Below are positions 55,518-64,000 of a stretch of 64,000 nucleotides of DNA, piece after piece. The notes beneath the pieces are model-generated. The model was not told the DNA's origin. It saw nothing but the letters and a program-made list of their open reading frames with translations, and made no database searches. This DNA comes from an uncultured Solirubrobacterales bacterium. Lineage in GTDB: Bacteria; Actinomycetota; Thermoleophilia; Solirubrobacterales; 70-9. The position numbers and the translations under genes are program-made. Location of the stretch: positions 143,392 through 207,391 of the forward strand of contig CAVXTV010000002.1 in assembly GCA_963764795.1 (NCBI GenBank), written 5' to 3'. Numbering within the stretch: position 1 is the first letter of the stretch; each line of letters begins with the position of its first letter.

Positions 55518-55685
55518 GTGACCGACCGCAAGGCGTTGCTGCTGCGGCTCGCTGCTGCCGGCGCCGAGGCGATCGCAACCGACGCCGAGAAGCGGCGTGA
55601 GGAGATCGACGCGACCGCCGGTGCGCTTACGGGCGTGTACGAGCCGGGCGAACTCGAGCGGCTGCGCGAGGACTGGCCCGCGTGA
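55518..55685 (+). CDS. vapB: VapB-like antitoxin
   Basis: 55 aa from GTG 55518. The C-terminus GVYEPGELERLREDWPA is typical of actinobacterial VapB-type antitoxins. GTGA overlap with the PIN gene. Confidence 0.5.
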   Translation: MTDRKALLLRLAAAGAEAIATDAEKRREEIDATAGALTGVYEPGELERLREDWPA

Positions 55686-56065
55686 TCGTCCTCGACGCGA
55701 GCGTCTTGATCGCTCATCTCGACGGCCGCGATCCGCATCACGAGTCAGCCGTGGAGCTCCTTCAAGCTCATGCAATGGAGCTGCTCGGCGCCAGTCAGAT
55801 CAGCCTCGCCGAGACCTTGGTGGCGCCGGCTCGTGCCGGTCGGCTGGACGACGCCCGGGAAGCACTCGAGAAGCTCTCCGTCCGAGAGCTTGCCTTCGGG
55901 CACGACGCCTCTCCGCGTCTCGCCGGCCTGCGGGCTGAGACCGGCCTCAAGCTGCCCGACTGCGCTGTGTTGCTGACGGCGGAGGACCACCGTGGCGGGA
56001 TCGCCAGCTTCGACCGGAACATGTGCCAACGCGCCCGGGACCGGGGCATTCCCGTCGTCGACTGA
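55682..56065 (+). CDS. vapC: PIN-domain toxin VapC
   Basis: MIVLDASVLIAHL...SLAET...PDCAVLLTA...FD: conserved acidic PIN residues. Confidence 0.8.
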   Translation: MIVLDASVLIAHLDGRDPHHESAVELLQAHAMELLGASQISLAETLVAPARAGRLDDAREALEKLSVRELAFGHDASPRLAGLRAETGLKLPDCAVLLTAEDHRGGIASFDRNMCQRARDRGIPVVD

Positions 56066-56070
56066 GTGAG

Positions 56071-56160
56071 CGGAGAGGGTGGGATTCGAACCCACGAGGC
56101 GGGTTAACCCCGCCCACGCGATTTCCAATCGCGCTCCTTAAGCCACTCGGACACCTCTCC
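56071..56160 (-). tRNA. tRNA-Ser (anticodon GGA)
   Basis: Minus strand reads GGAGAGGTGTCCGAGTGG...CGCGA-TTGGAAA-TCGCG, then a long variable arm GGGCGGGGTTAACCCGCCTC and T arm GTGGGTTCGAATCCCAC. The acceptor pairs 7/7. No encoded CCA. Confidence 0.9.
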
Positions 56161-56197
56161 GTGAGTAGCTCAAGCGTATTGCCTTCCCGCCCCTGGC

Positions 56198-56244
56198 AGG
56201 TGCAACGCTTTCTCCCCCTGAGAGGGCCATAAAGCGTTGCACTA
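56198..56244 (+). repeat. 47-nt hairpin element, family B copy c
   Basis: AGGTGCAACGCTTT-N-AAAGCGTTGCAC between tRNA-Ser(GGA) and the synthase stop. It overlaps the stop codon at 56242-56244. Confidence 0.55.
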
Positions 56245-58243
56245 AGCGGCCGCGGGCTGCGGCAGTGCTTGTGGAGCCGCTGGCAGCGGCAGCACGATCT
56301 CCTCGCCTCCACCTGCGGGGGCGGCCGGCCGGTGGCCGCGCAGGCGCTCGTGGTTGCAGACGACGTAGCACCACTCCATCAGTCGCATCCGCGAGGCCGA
56401 GTCGATTTCGGTGATCGTCGCGCCGACCAGGTGGCGTCCTTCGGACTTCGCGGCAGGAGCGCACCTCGACCTGTGCCGCCACCTCGTGCGAGCTGCCGGT
56501 GGCGTCTTCGAGCTGGAGCAGGATCGCCGGTTTGTCACCGACCGCAAGCGGGGCGTCGAGGACGAGGCCGACGCCGGCGGCGCTGGCGTCGATCAGGCGA
56601 CCGCTGACGTGGCCGTCGTCGGAGTAGCACTGCGGCCGCGGCGTCGCCCTCGAAGCGGTAGACGAGGCGGCGCTGCTGGCGCTTGCCGACGGCGAAGAGG
56701 GTGCGCAGGATGCGGCGCATCTCGATCAGGCCGAGCAGCGGCACGATCACCGGCGGCGATGCCCGGCAGGTCGGGCAGCGGCCCGACTCCGGCGAGGTCG
56801 AGCAGGCGCAGCACGGTGCCGGCACCGACGACGACGGCGCAGAGGATCACCAGACGCAGCTTGCGCACCGACTCGAGCCCGCCGCCACCGGTGCCCTGCT
56901 TCGGCGTCACCTTGAAGGCGGTGTGGCCGGGGCGGAAGATGCAGCGCAGGGCGCGGGTGTAGATCTCCATCGTCAGCAGCTCGTAGTGGGCGGTCTCGCC
57001 GATCTTCATGTAGCCGCGGGCGAGGGCCGAGCCGGCGCCGAGGTTGAGCGTCACGTAGGGCAGCCAGAGCGCGGCGAGCGCCACGACGCTGATCTTCATC
57101 GGCAGCTCGCCGGTCCACATCACCAGGCCCAGCGTCGCCATCAGCAGCAGCCGCATCGGCGGTGCCAGGTAGGCGAAGAGGCTGGCGAAGTAGGAGAGCC
57201 GCTGCAGCGGTTTCAGCTCCTGGGCGCGCAGGGGGGACTCGGGCAGGGTGAAGACGGCGAGGTTGCCGCGCGCCCAGCGGTCGCGCTGCAGCAGGTAGCC
57301 GTCGAGGTCGTGCGGGGCGAGGCCCTGGACCAGGACCTCGTCGTGGTAGCGGCTCTTCCAGCCGTGGCGCTGCATGCGGATCGTCGTGTGGAAGTCCTCG
57401 GCGATCGTCTCGGTCGCGACGCCGCCGATCTCGAGCAGTGCCTCGCGGCGGATCAGCGCCGCCGAGCCGCACCAGTAGGCGGCGCCGTGGCGGTCCTTGC
57501 CGGGGCAGACGACGCGGTAGAAGAGCGACTGCTCGTGGCGGCCGACGACGTAGTGCTGGACCGAGTCGTGGTTGAAGAAGTCGTGCGGGCTCTGCACCAA
57601 GGCCATGCGCTCGTCGTCGAAGTAGCCGACCATCGCGTCGAGCGCGTCGGGCATCGGCACGTGGTCGGCGTCGAGCATCAGCACCAGCTCGCCCTCGGTG
57701 CGGTTGAGCGCCGCGTTGATGTTGCCGGCCTTGGCGTGTGAGTTGTCGGGCCGGGTCAGGTACTCGGCCCCGGCCAGCCGGGCGAGCTCCGCCATCTCCG
57801 GCCGTTTGCCGTCGTCGAGCAGGTAGGTGGTGTGTGGATAGGTGAGGGCACGGCAGCCGGCCAGGGTCGGCGGCGACCACCTCGTGCGGCTCGTCGTAGG
57901 TGCAGACGTAGACGTCGACCGAGCGCCCCGGGGTGGCGGGAGGCCGCACCGCGGGCGGCCGCGACCAGGAGAACCAGGCGAGCGTGCCGAGCGCCCAGAG
58001 CCCGTAGATCTCGGTCACCAGCAGCATCCCGTAGGCGACCGGGCTGGCTCCCTGGCCGCTCCAGCCGATCCGCCAGATCAGGTAGCCGACCCCCCAGAGC
58101 AGGGCGACGATCGCCAGCGTGCGCAGCAGCAGCGGATGGCGATCGAAGAAGCTCCCGAGCCGGGTCTGGGCGGTGCTTTCCACGCGGCTGCATCGACGCA
58201 AACCCGCCGGTTCTTGAGTCCCGAGTTCCGGCCCGAAGACCAT
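56242..58243 (-). CDS. BcsA-like processive GT2 beta-glycan (cellulose) synthase with C-terminal PilZ domain, multiple frame changes
   Basis: DADH, QSPH, EDFHTT and QRDRWARG (QxxRW) in ORF 56593..57795. The N-terminal TM region lies in ORF 56747..58363. The PilZ-like RQQRR...DASAAG is spread over three frames at 56245-56700. Confidence 0.75.
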
Positions 58244-58284
58244 CGATGCCGCCCAACCGTAAAATCGGCCCCTGACTGAGTCCC

Positions 58285-58371
58285 GGAGGGGTGCCGGAGT
58301 GGTTGAACGGGGCAGTCTCGAAAACTGTTGGCGTCGCAAGGCGCTCGTGGGTTCGAATCCCACCCCCTCCG
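58285..58371 (+). tRNA. tRNA-Ser (anticodon CGA)
   Basis: GGAGGGGTGCCGGAGTGG...GCAGT-CTCGAAA-ACTGT, long variable arm, T arm GTGGGTTCGAATCCCAC, acceptor 7/7. Confidence 0.9.
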
Positions 58372-58384
58372 CTTTGCGAGTCGG

Positions 58385-58873
58385 CTATTTCAAGTAGGGC
58401 GCGATCCAAGAGCCGTAGGCCCGGATGAACTCGCGGGCAGCCGGGAGGCCCAACTCGATTGCGTCGTGCAACCGGCCGGCTTTCATTCCCGGGTAGTCGT
58501 GCTCCACGTCCGACCGGGCTCTTTGGGTGCGCTTCAGATTTCGGCAGAGCGAGGCATTGATCGCTCCGGCTTCCCTCAGTGCATCGAAGACCCGGGCTGA
58601 GTTCGCCTCGTGAGTGCCGGGAAGCTCCAGCTGCGCCAGTCGACATCCCCGTTCTGCAAGCTCGACGACGTAGTTCTGTACCCGACTGAAGGCACGTTCG
58701 ACGGCCTGCACCCTGTTGTAGGCCTTGATCCCGTCCTTCCTTTCGAAGGCTCGTTTGAACCCGCTCAGCTCGAAGCCCTCACCAAACTCCTCCATCGCGC
58801 TTTCGAGCGCCAGGATCTCTTCGGGAAGATCCTCGAGTCGGTCGACGATCTCGCTCTGCAGCCGCTTCGACAC
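58385..58873 (-). CDS. HEPN-domain protein (toxin-like)
   Basis: 162 aa with an Rx4H motif (RSDVEH) near the C-terminus. Its start overlaps the stop of the MNT gene by 1 nt. Confidence 0.65.
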   Translation of the reverse strand: MSKRLQSEIVDRLEDLPEEILALESAMEEFGEGFELSGFKRAFERKDGIKAYNRVQAVERAFSRVQNYVVELAERGCRLAQLELPGTHEANSARVFDALREAGAINASLCRNLKRTQRARSDVEHDYPGMKAGRLHDAIELGLPAAREFIRAYGSWIAPYLK

Positions 58874-59427
58874 TACGTCTCGCTGACCAGGCGATCGATC
58901 CCTGTCAGGGCGCGGCGGCTGCGCTCGCGCAGGTGCCGCCGGGCACGGCGATCCATTGCCTCGGCTTCGGAGCCGAGCCGGGCCCAGAGGCCCTCGCGGT
59001 CAACGATCGTGCGACCCTCGGCCACGGCCTCGGCTACGAGCACTGGATTGGCACGGGCGTCCTCCAGCGCAAGCACGTCGACACGCCGGCCGAGCAGCTC
59101 TTCGAGCTTCAGCTCGAGGTCAACGATGCGAATCGACGAGGAATCGCGCATCTCGACGATCAGGTCAACATCGCTTCCCTCGTTGTCGTCTCCTCGCGCG
59201 GTCGAGCCGAAGAGGAGGGCAAAGCGCACGTTCTGCTCGGTTCTCAGCGCTTTTCGCAGGGCCGAGAGAAGCCTCCAGGAGCGACGCAGATACTGCTTCT
59301 CGACGGCACCGAGCCTCAGCCTGCGCGGCGTCGGACGCTCCGCCCTCAGCGTTCCTTCATTGAACGCCCGACGCAAGGTTCGCTCGTTCACGTCGATTTG
59401 GCGCGCCAATAGCTCTAGCTCCGTCAT
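58873..59427 (-). CDS. nucleotidyltransferase (MNT-type) with N-terminal HTH (antitoxin-like)
   Basis: LLFGSTARGDDNEGSDVDLIVEM (GS-x-DxD nucleotidyltransferase motif), preceded by an HTH-like ERTLRRAFNEG. Confidence 0.75.
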   Translation of the reverse strand: MTELELLARQIDVNERTLRRAFNEGTLRAERPTPRRLRLGAVEKQYLRRSWRLLSALRKALRTEQNVRFALLFGSTARGDDNEGSDVDLIVEMRDSSSIRIVDLELKLEELLGRRVDVLALEDARANPVLVAEAVAEGRTIVDREGLWARLGSEAEAMDRRARRHLRERSRRALTGIDRLVSET

Positions 59428-59505
59428 GTGTCCATTGTAATCACTTCATATGTCCGATCGGGCCCGGCCTCAGAGCCGACGAGGGCGCCATACCACTCTC
59501 GTTCC

Positions 59506-59535
59506 TTGACAAAGCCAAACTCGTCTGTTTATCTT
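59506..59535 (+). promoter_or_regulatory. sigma-70-like promoter candidate
   Basis: TTGACA (59506-59511), an 18-nt spacer, then TATCTT (59530-59535). Lies in a low-GC gap about 150 nt upstream of GTG 59687. Confidence 0.4.
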
Positions 59536-59686
59536 TGCGCTGTCGTTTAGGAACCCGAGTGTCAGAACTGGGAACCGGCTCGTTTGAGCAGCGACACGTC
59601 AGCACCACAGGGACATAACCGAGCCTCGAGGAAGCCGCTAAGGGAAGCGGCGGGCAGAGGGGCTCACGGGACAAGGAGAGAGCTAC

Positions 59687-62600
59687 GTGAGACGCCACGC
59701 GAAGGCATCGACCGCGGGATCGACCATGCGCCGGGCCAGGGGCCTCGGCCGCATCCGAGTGCTCGCCGCCGCCTTGGCCGCCCTCTTCCTGCTCGCGCTG
59801 GCACCCACGCTTGCCCCTGCCGCCGTGCATCCCGCATACCTCGGTGCCTTCGGTCCCGACGGGACGGAAGCGACCTCCTTCGAACGCGCCGGGGCAGTGG
59901 CCGTCGACGAAGGAACCGGAGACATCTACGTCGGCGACTGGAAGAAACAGGTCCTCTACAAGTTCGACTCCGAAGGCCACCCGCTCAACTGGGGCGGCTC
60001 CGCTCCCTACATCAAAGGCAACGAAATCAGCGGACTCTCCTTTTTCGTGGGAGAAGACGATAATCACGGGGCGGGAAATAATCAGGCCGCTGTCGACCCC
60101 GAAACCCACGTCCTCTACGTCACCAGCGGCAACAAGGTGAGGGCGTTCGAGCCCAACGGTGAACCGCACGAATTCACCGCCGGTCCCGGGGAAGGGACAA
60201 GTGAAATTCCCGGCGCGAGCGAACTCCGTGGCGTCGCGGTTGATGTCAATGGGGACATCTACGCGTCGGACTACGTATTTGACCAGTTCGAATCCACGCA
60301 TGTGCTCCGCATCTACTCGAGATCCGGAGCGCTTCTGACTACTCTCGAACCGAAAGAAACAAATGGCTATATCGCACCAGCCTCTTTGGCCGTCGCTCCC
60401 GACGGCAGCCTCTATTCGGCGCGAATAAACTCCACGGTATTCCGCTCCGAGCCCACGCAGTTTCCGGTGACCGCTTCAACCACTTACACGGTGGAAAATC
60501 GGCTCAACAACAATTTGACCCTCTCAGTCGCGGTCGATCCGACTACCAGTCACGTATATGTGGGTGAGGGTGTAGGTAAATTCGATCGCCGCGTCGCGGT
60601 ATTCGACGAAGACGACCACCCGGTCGGCAGCCTCGGCGCCGCGGGCGAAGCCGGAGAACTCGCCGGTCTCGCAGCGGGCGTAGCGGTCAACGGCGCAAGC
60701 GAACGCGTCTACGTCGCCGACGATCAGGAGTCCCTGCAGAGCCAGGTCAAAGTCTTCGAGACCTTCACCTTCCCGGTAATCGCGCCGACGGTCACGGCGA
60801 CCTCGGTGATCGACCTCAACCTCTTCACGGCGACGCTTCGCGCCCAGATCAACCCCAACACGCTGGAAACCACCTACCACTTCGAGTACGGCACAGAAGA
60901 CTGCTCGCTTGGAACCTGCACGAGCACGCCGGAGGGCACGATCCCCGCCGGCCACAAGCCCGTAGCGGTCTCCCCGCAGGAAATCGAAGGCCTCCAACCC
61001 GGCACCGCCTACCACTACCGGGTGGTGGCCGTGAACGCCGAAGGCGAAACCAAAGGCCCCGACAGGACCTTCACCACGCCGCGCAGCGGCCTCGGCTTCA
61101 GCCTGGCCGACAGCCGCGCCTGGGAGATGGTCTCCCCGCCCAACAAGTCCGGCGGGCGGATCCTCCAGTTCAACCAGGGCGTTCTGCAGGCAGCCGCCGA
61201 CGGCGACGGCATCGCCTTCCAGACGGTCACCTCGATCGAACCCAACCCCGAGGGCAACCGGGCGATCGACACCTCGACCGTGCTGTCGCGCCGCGGCGCC
61301 GGCGGCGCCTGGAGCGCCAAGGACATAACGCCACCCCACGCCGAAGTCGGCCAGCTGCGCTTCGGCGGCGACTACAAAACCTTCAGCCCCAACCTCGAGC
61401 GCGCCCTCTTCGAGCAGCAGGAGAACACCCTGCTCTCACCCGAAGCCTCCGAAGAAACCCCCTACCTGCGCGATAACACCGAACCGGCCGGCTACCGGCC
61501 GCTGGTCACCGGCAAGGAAGGCTATGCCAACGTGCCGCCGGGGACGAAATTCGGCGGCGGCGCCGGCTCGGACGCGAGCCCGGTGGCGATCAGGGCAACC
61601 AACTCCGCTCTCACCCATCCCGTCGTCAGTTCACGGACCCCGCTCGTCCCCGGCGCGGCCCCGGGCAGCCTCTACCAGTGGGACGACGGCCAGCTTGCGC
61701 CGGTCAGCGAACTGCCGGCGAGCGAAGGCGGCGCGGTGGTCAGCGCCGAAGCCGGCGCGGGAATAGGCTCCATCCACAACGCTGTCTCCACAGACGGCTC
61801 CCGCGTGTTCTGGAGTACGGGTAGCAATAGCCCCAGCGGCAGGGCCCTGACGGGCCTCTACGTTCGCGACACCGGCAGCCAGCAGACAGGGCGACTCGAC
61901 GTCGCCCAGAGCGGAGTTGTCGCCGAAGGGGAAAACCGCCCCGCCTTCGCCGGCGCCAGCCCAGACGGATCGGTTGTCTTCTTCACCGACTACCAGCGGC
62001 TGACCGCCGATGCCAGCCCCCCTGATGATCCTTTCGGTGTCTATACCCTTGACCTCTATCGCTGCGAGGTGGGACCGGTCGAAGGCGGCACCCTCGGCTG
62101 CACCAGCCTGAGTGACCTCAGCGCTCCGGCCGAACCCGGCGAAAAGGCGGAAGTCCTCGGCACCGTCCTCGGCCAGAGCGAAGACGGATCACGCGCCTAC
62201 TTCGTCGCCAGGGGCGTGCTCGACTCAGCGCCAAACGAATTCGGCGACACCGCCGTCGCCGGCCAGCCCAACCTCTATCTCTGGGAAGAAGGAGCGGGCA
62301 CGCGCTTCATCGCGACGATCTCCCGGCAGGACAGAGCCGATTGGGGCGCTCCCTCGGCAGGAGACACTCAGGGGATCGAGACCAAGCAGAGCGCCTCCGC
62401 CTCCCCCAACGGCCGCTACCTGGCCTTCATGTCGGAGCGCAGCCTCACCGGCTATGACAACCGCGACGCCAAAAGCAATGAACCGGTCGAGGAGGTCTTC
62501 CGCTATGACGCCAGCGAAGAACGCCTCGATTGCGTCTCCTGCGATCCCTCCGGTGCCAGCCCCACCGGCACGCTCTCCAACCCGACCGGCCAAGTAATCA

Positions 62601-63283
62601 ACCGGATCGACACCCAGGGCAACTGGAAGGAACGCTGGGTGGCGGCGATCCTCCCCGCGCCCCAGGAAAGCGAAGCGACCGTCGGGCTCGCCTTCCACCG
62701 CCCGCGCCTCGTCCACGACGACGGCCGCGTCTTCTTCAACGCGATCGATCCGCTCGTCTCCGCCGACTCCAACGGCGAGTGGGACGTCTATCAGTACGAG
62801 GCGCGCGGCACGGGCGATTGCACCTCCTCCTCAGAAGGCGCGGCGATCGCGATGTCGGCTGGCGGCTGTGTATCGCTGATTTCCTCCGGCACCGCCGAAG
62901 AAGAAGCGAGCTTCATCGACTCCAGCGAATCGGGCGACGACGTCTTCTTCATCACCCCGGCACGACTCTCTGCCACCGACGAAGACGAGGAGCTAGACGT
63001 CTATGACGCCAGGGTCAACGGCATCCCGGCGACCCTGCCGGTGATCAACGAATGCCTCGGCGAAGCCTGCCAGGCGGCACCCAACCCGCCGAATGATCCG
63101 ACTCCCGCCAGCGCCGCCTTCCACGGCTCGGGCAACGTCCCCTCCGAACGCTGCCCGCAGAGCAAACGCAAGGTGATCCGGGCCGGCTCCGCCAAGTGCG
63201 TGGCCAAGAAGCACAAGCAAAAGAAGAAGCACTCACACCAGAAGGCCAAGCGAGCCAACAACAACCGGAGGGCGGGTCGATGA
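59687..63283 (+). CDS. 1198-aa secreted multidomain protein: NHL-like propeller, FN3-like domain, PD40/TolB-like propeller, Cys-rich basic tail
   Basis: RBS AAGGAGAG. Signal peptide RIRVLAAALAALFLLALAPTLAPAAV. GDIYVGD/GDIYASD NHL-like blades. TYHFEYGTE...GTAYHYRVVAVN (FN3-like). Repeated DGSRVFW/SPDGSVVFF/SPNGRYLAF blades. Tail KKHKQKKKHSHQKAKR. Confidence 0.8.
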   Translation: MRRHAKASTAGSTMRRARGLGRIRVLAAALAALFLLALAPTLAPAAVHPAYLGAFGPDGTEATSFERAGAVAVDEGTGDIYVGDWKKQVLYKFDSEGHPLNWGGSAPYIKGNEISGLSFFVGEDDNHGAGNNQAAVDPETHVLYVTSGNKVRAFEPNGEPHEFTAGPGEGTSEIPGASELRGVAVDVNGDIYASDYVFDQFESTHVLRIYSRSGALLTTLEPKETNGYIAPASLAVAPDGSLYSARINSTVFRSEPTQFPVTASTTYTVENRLNNNLTLSVAVDPTTSHVYVGEGVGKFDRRVAVFDEDDHPVGSLGAAGEAGELAGLAAGVAVNGASERVYVADDQESLQSQVKVFETFTFPVIAPTVTATSVIDLNLFTATLRAQINPNTLETTYHFEYGTEDCSLGTCTSTPEGTIPAGHKPVAVSPQEIEGLQPGTAYHYRVVAVNAEGETKGPDRTFTTPRSGLGFSLADSRAWEMVSPPNKSGGRILQFNQGVLQAAADGDGIAFQTVTSIEPNPEGNRAIDTSTVLSRRGAGGAWSAKDITPPHAEVGQLRFGGDYKTFSPNLERALFEQQENTLLSPEASEETPYLRDNTEPAGYRPLVTGKEGYANVPPGTKFGGGAGSDASPVAIRATNSALTHPVVSSRTPLVPGAAPGSLYQWDDGQLAPVSELPASEGGAVVSAEAGAGIGSIHNAVSTDGSRVFWSTGSNSPSGRALTGLYVRDTGSQQTGRLDVAQSGVVAEGENRPAFAGASPDGSVVFFTDYQRLTADASPPDDPFGVYTLDLYRCEVGPVEGGTLGCTSLSDLSAPAEPGEKAEVLGTVLGQSEDGSRAYFVARGVLDSAPNEFGDTAVAGQPNLYLWEEGAGTRFIATISRQDRADWGAPSAGDTQGIETKQSASASPNGRYLAFMSERSLTGYDNRDAKSNEPVEEVFRYDASEERLDCVSCDPSGASPTGTLSNPTGQVINRIDTQGNWKERWVAAILPAPQESEATVGLAFHRPRLVHDDGRVFFNAIDPLVSADSNGEWDVYQYEARGTGDCTSSSEGAAIAMSAGGCVSLISSGTAEEEASFIDSSESGDDVFFITPARLSATDEDEELDVYDARVNGIPATLPVINECLGEACQAAPNPPNDPTPASAAFHGSGNVPSERCPQSKRKVIRAGSAKCVAKKHKQKKKHSHQKAKRANNNRRAGR

Positions 63284-64000
63284 GGAAAGCCACGAACATG
63301 CCAAAGCGCCTTGCAGGCCTCTTCGCCCTCGCCGTGACCGCCACGGCGCTCCTGGGAGCGCTCTTTGCCGGCCCCGCCTCCGCCGCACCGGCGCCCTGGT
63401 GGCAGGTGCTCGACGGCAGCCGTCCTTCTCACCTGTGGGAACCGAGCGACACCGTGCAGGAAATCACCACCGAAATCGCCTTCGGCTTGATCTTCGTCGC
63501 CAAGGTGGAAGTGGGCGGCGAAGTCATCGGTTGCCTTGGCACCGGTGAAATCCCCGGAGTCTCCACGGCGAACGAATACTGCGAAGCGGAAGCCGGCTTT
63601 CCCGCCAGCGAAACCGCCGCCGAATTCGAGGCGATGCTCGAAAGCCCCTACGGCCCCACTGTCGAAGTCAGCGGTGGCCCTGTCGGCGGTACCCCCTTCG
63701 AAGTCACGGTTCCGAAAATTGGAGCGGTGCCGCTCGCATTGACGCTGATCAAATTCGGTGGCGCCACCCCGCTTGGAACGGCCCAAACCAAAGTCATCTC
63801 CCCCGGCGGCAGCGGCCGCCTGCTGGTCACGCTGACCAACCTCGGCGACGCGCCGCTGGACGCCACCGCGGCCCCGGTCACGATCAAAGACGAATTGCCC
63901 CAGGGCGCGATCGCCACCGGCGCCACCGCGACTGCCAGCGTCCAAGGCTCGGCGGGCCCGGTCGATTGCGAAGTCAAAGCTCCCGACGAAGTCCTCTGCA
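63280..64000 (+). CDS. secreted protein with DUF11/CARDB-like domain, 5' part (runs off window)
   Basis: ATG 63280 overlaps the upstream TGA (ATGA). Signal peptide LAGLFALAVTATALLGALFAGPASA. GSGRLLVTLTNLGDAPLDATAAPVTIKDELPQG. I translated it by hand and found no stop up to nt 64000. Confidence 0.65.
   Translation, partial: MRKATNMPKRLAGLFALAVTATALLGALFAGPASAAPAPWWQVLDGSRPSHLWEPSDTVQEITTEIAFGLIFVAKVEVGGEVIGCLGTGEIPGVSTANEYCEAEAGFPASETAAEFEAMLESPYGPTVEVSGGPVGGTPFEVTVPKIGAVPLALTLIKFGGATPLGTAQTKVISPGGSGRLLVTLTNLGDAPLDATAAPVTIKDELPQGAIATGATATASVQGSAGPVDCEVKAPDEVLC

Noticed and set aside
56198-56244. Family A and family B being the same element (both 47 nt, both containing AAAGCG/CGCTTT)
   Set aside because: Outside that hexamer the arms and loops do not align. 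Treated as two separate families.
58244-58363. N-terminal extension of the synthase ORF (MGFEPTSALRRQQFSRL...)
   Set aside because: It is the antisense translation of tRNA-Ser(CGA). The start was moved to ATG 58243.

Overview
High-G+C bacterial chromosomal window. Hand counts give about 74 G+C per 100 nt in core genes. The style looks actinobacterial: many GTG/TTG starts, 4-nt start/stop overlaps, an MMPL transporter, a PknD-like kinase and IdeR-like palindromes. The phylum call is inference only. Core content: a dispersed pentose-phosphate/glycolysis cluster (zwf, gnd, pgl, rpiA, tkt-tal-pgi), cytochrome bd oxidase cydAB, an EfeU/EfeB/EfeO iron-uptake operon, recQ, two DHA2-type MFS pumps, cfa plus a fatty-acid desaturase, tadA, and a BcsA-like synthase with a PilZ tail flanked by two tRNA-Ser genes. 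Accessory content: (1) a low-GC left edge with a ParB/Srx-fold gene coupled to an unknown partner, ending at a decayed tRNA-Arg(ACG) copy; (2) three toxin-antitoxin-like pairs (XRE+nucleotidyltransferase with a perfect 20-bp operator, VapBC, HEPN/MNT); (3) two secreted-protein operons (a four-module Cys-motif protein coupled to an MMPL transporter; a 1198-aa NHL/FN3/PD40 protein coupled to a DUF11-like gene); (4) two families of 47-nt structured repeats, three copies each, some overlapping coding sequence. About 20 of roughly 55 genes can only be read by changing frame one or more times, essential genes included. This points to consensus indel errors more than decay, so all boundaries in those genes are approximate. 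No CRISPR array, rRNA, transposase or integrase was seen.
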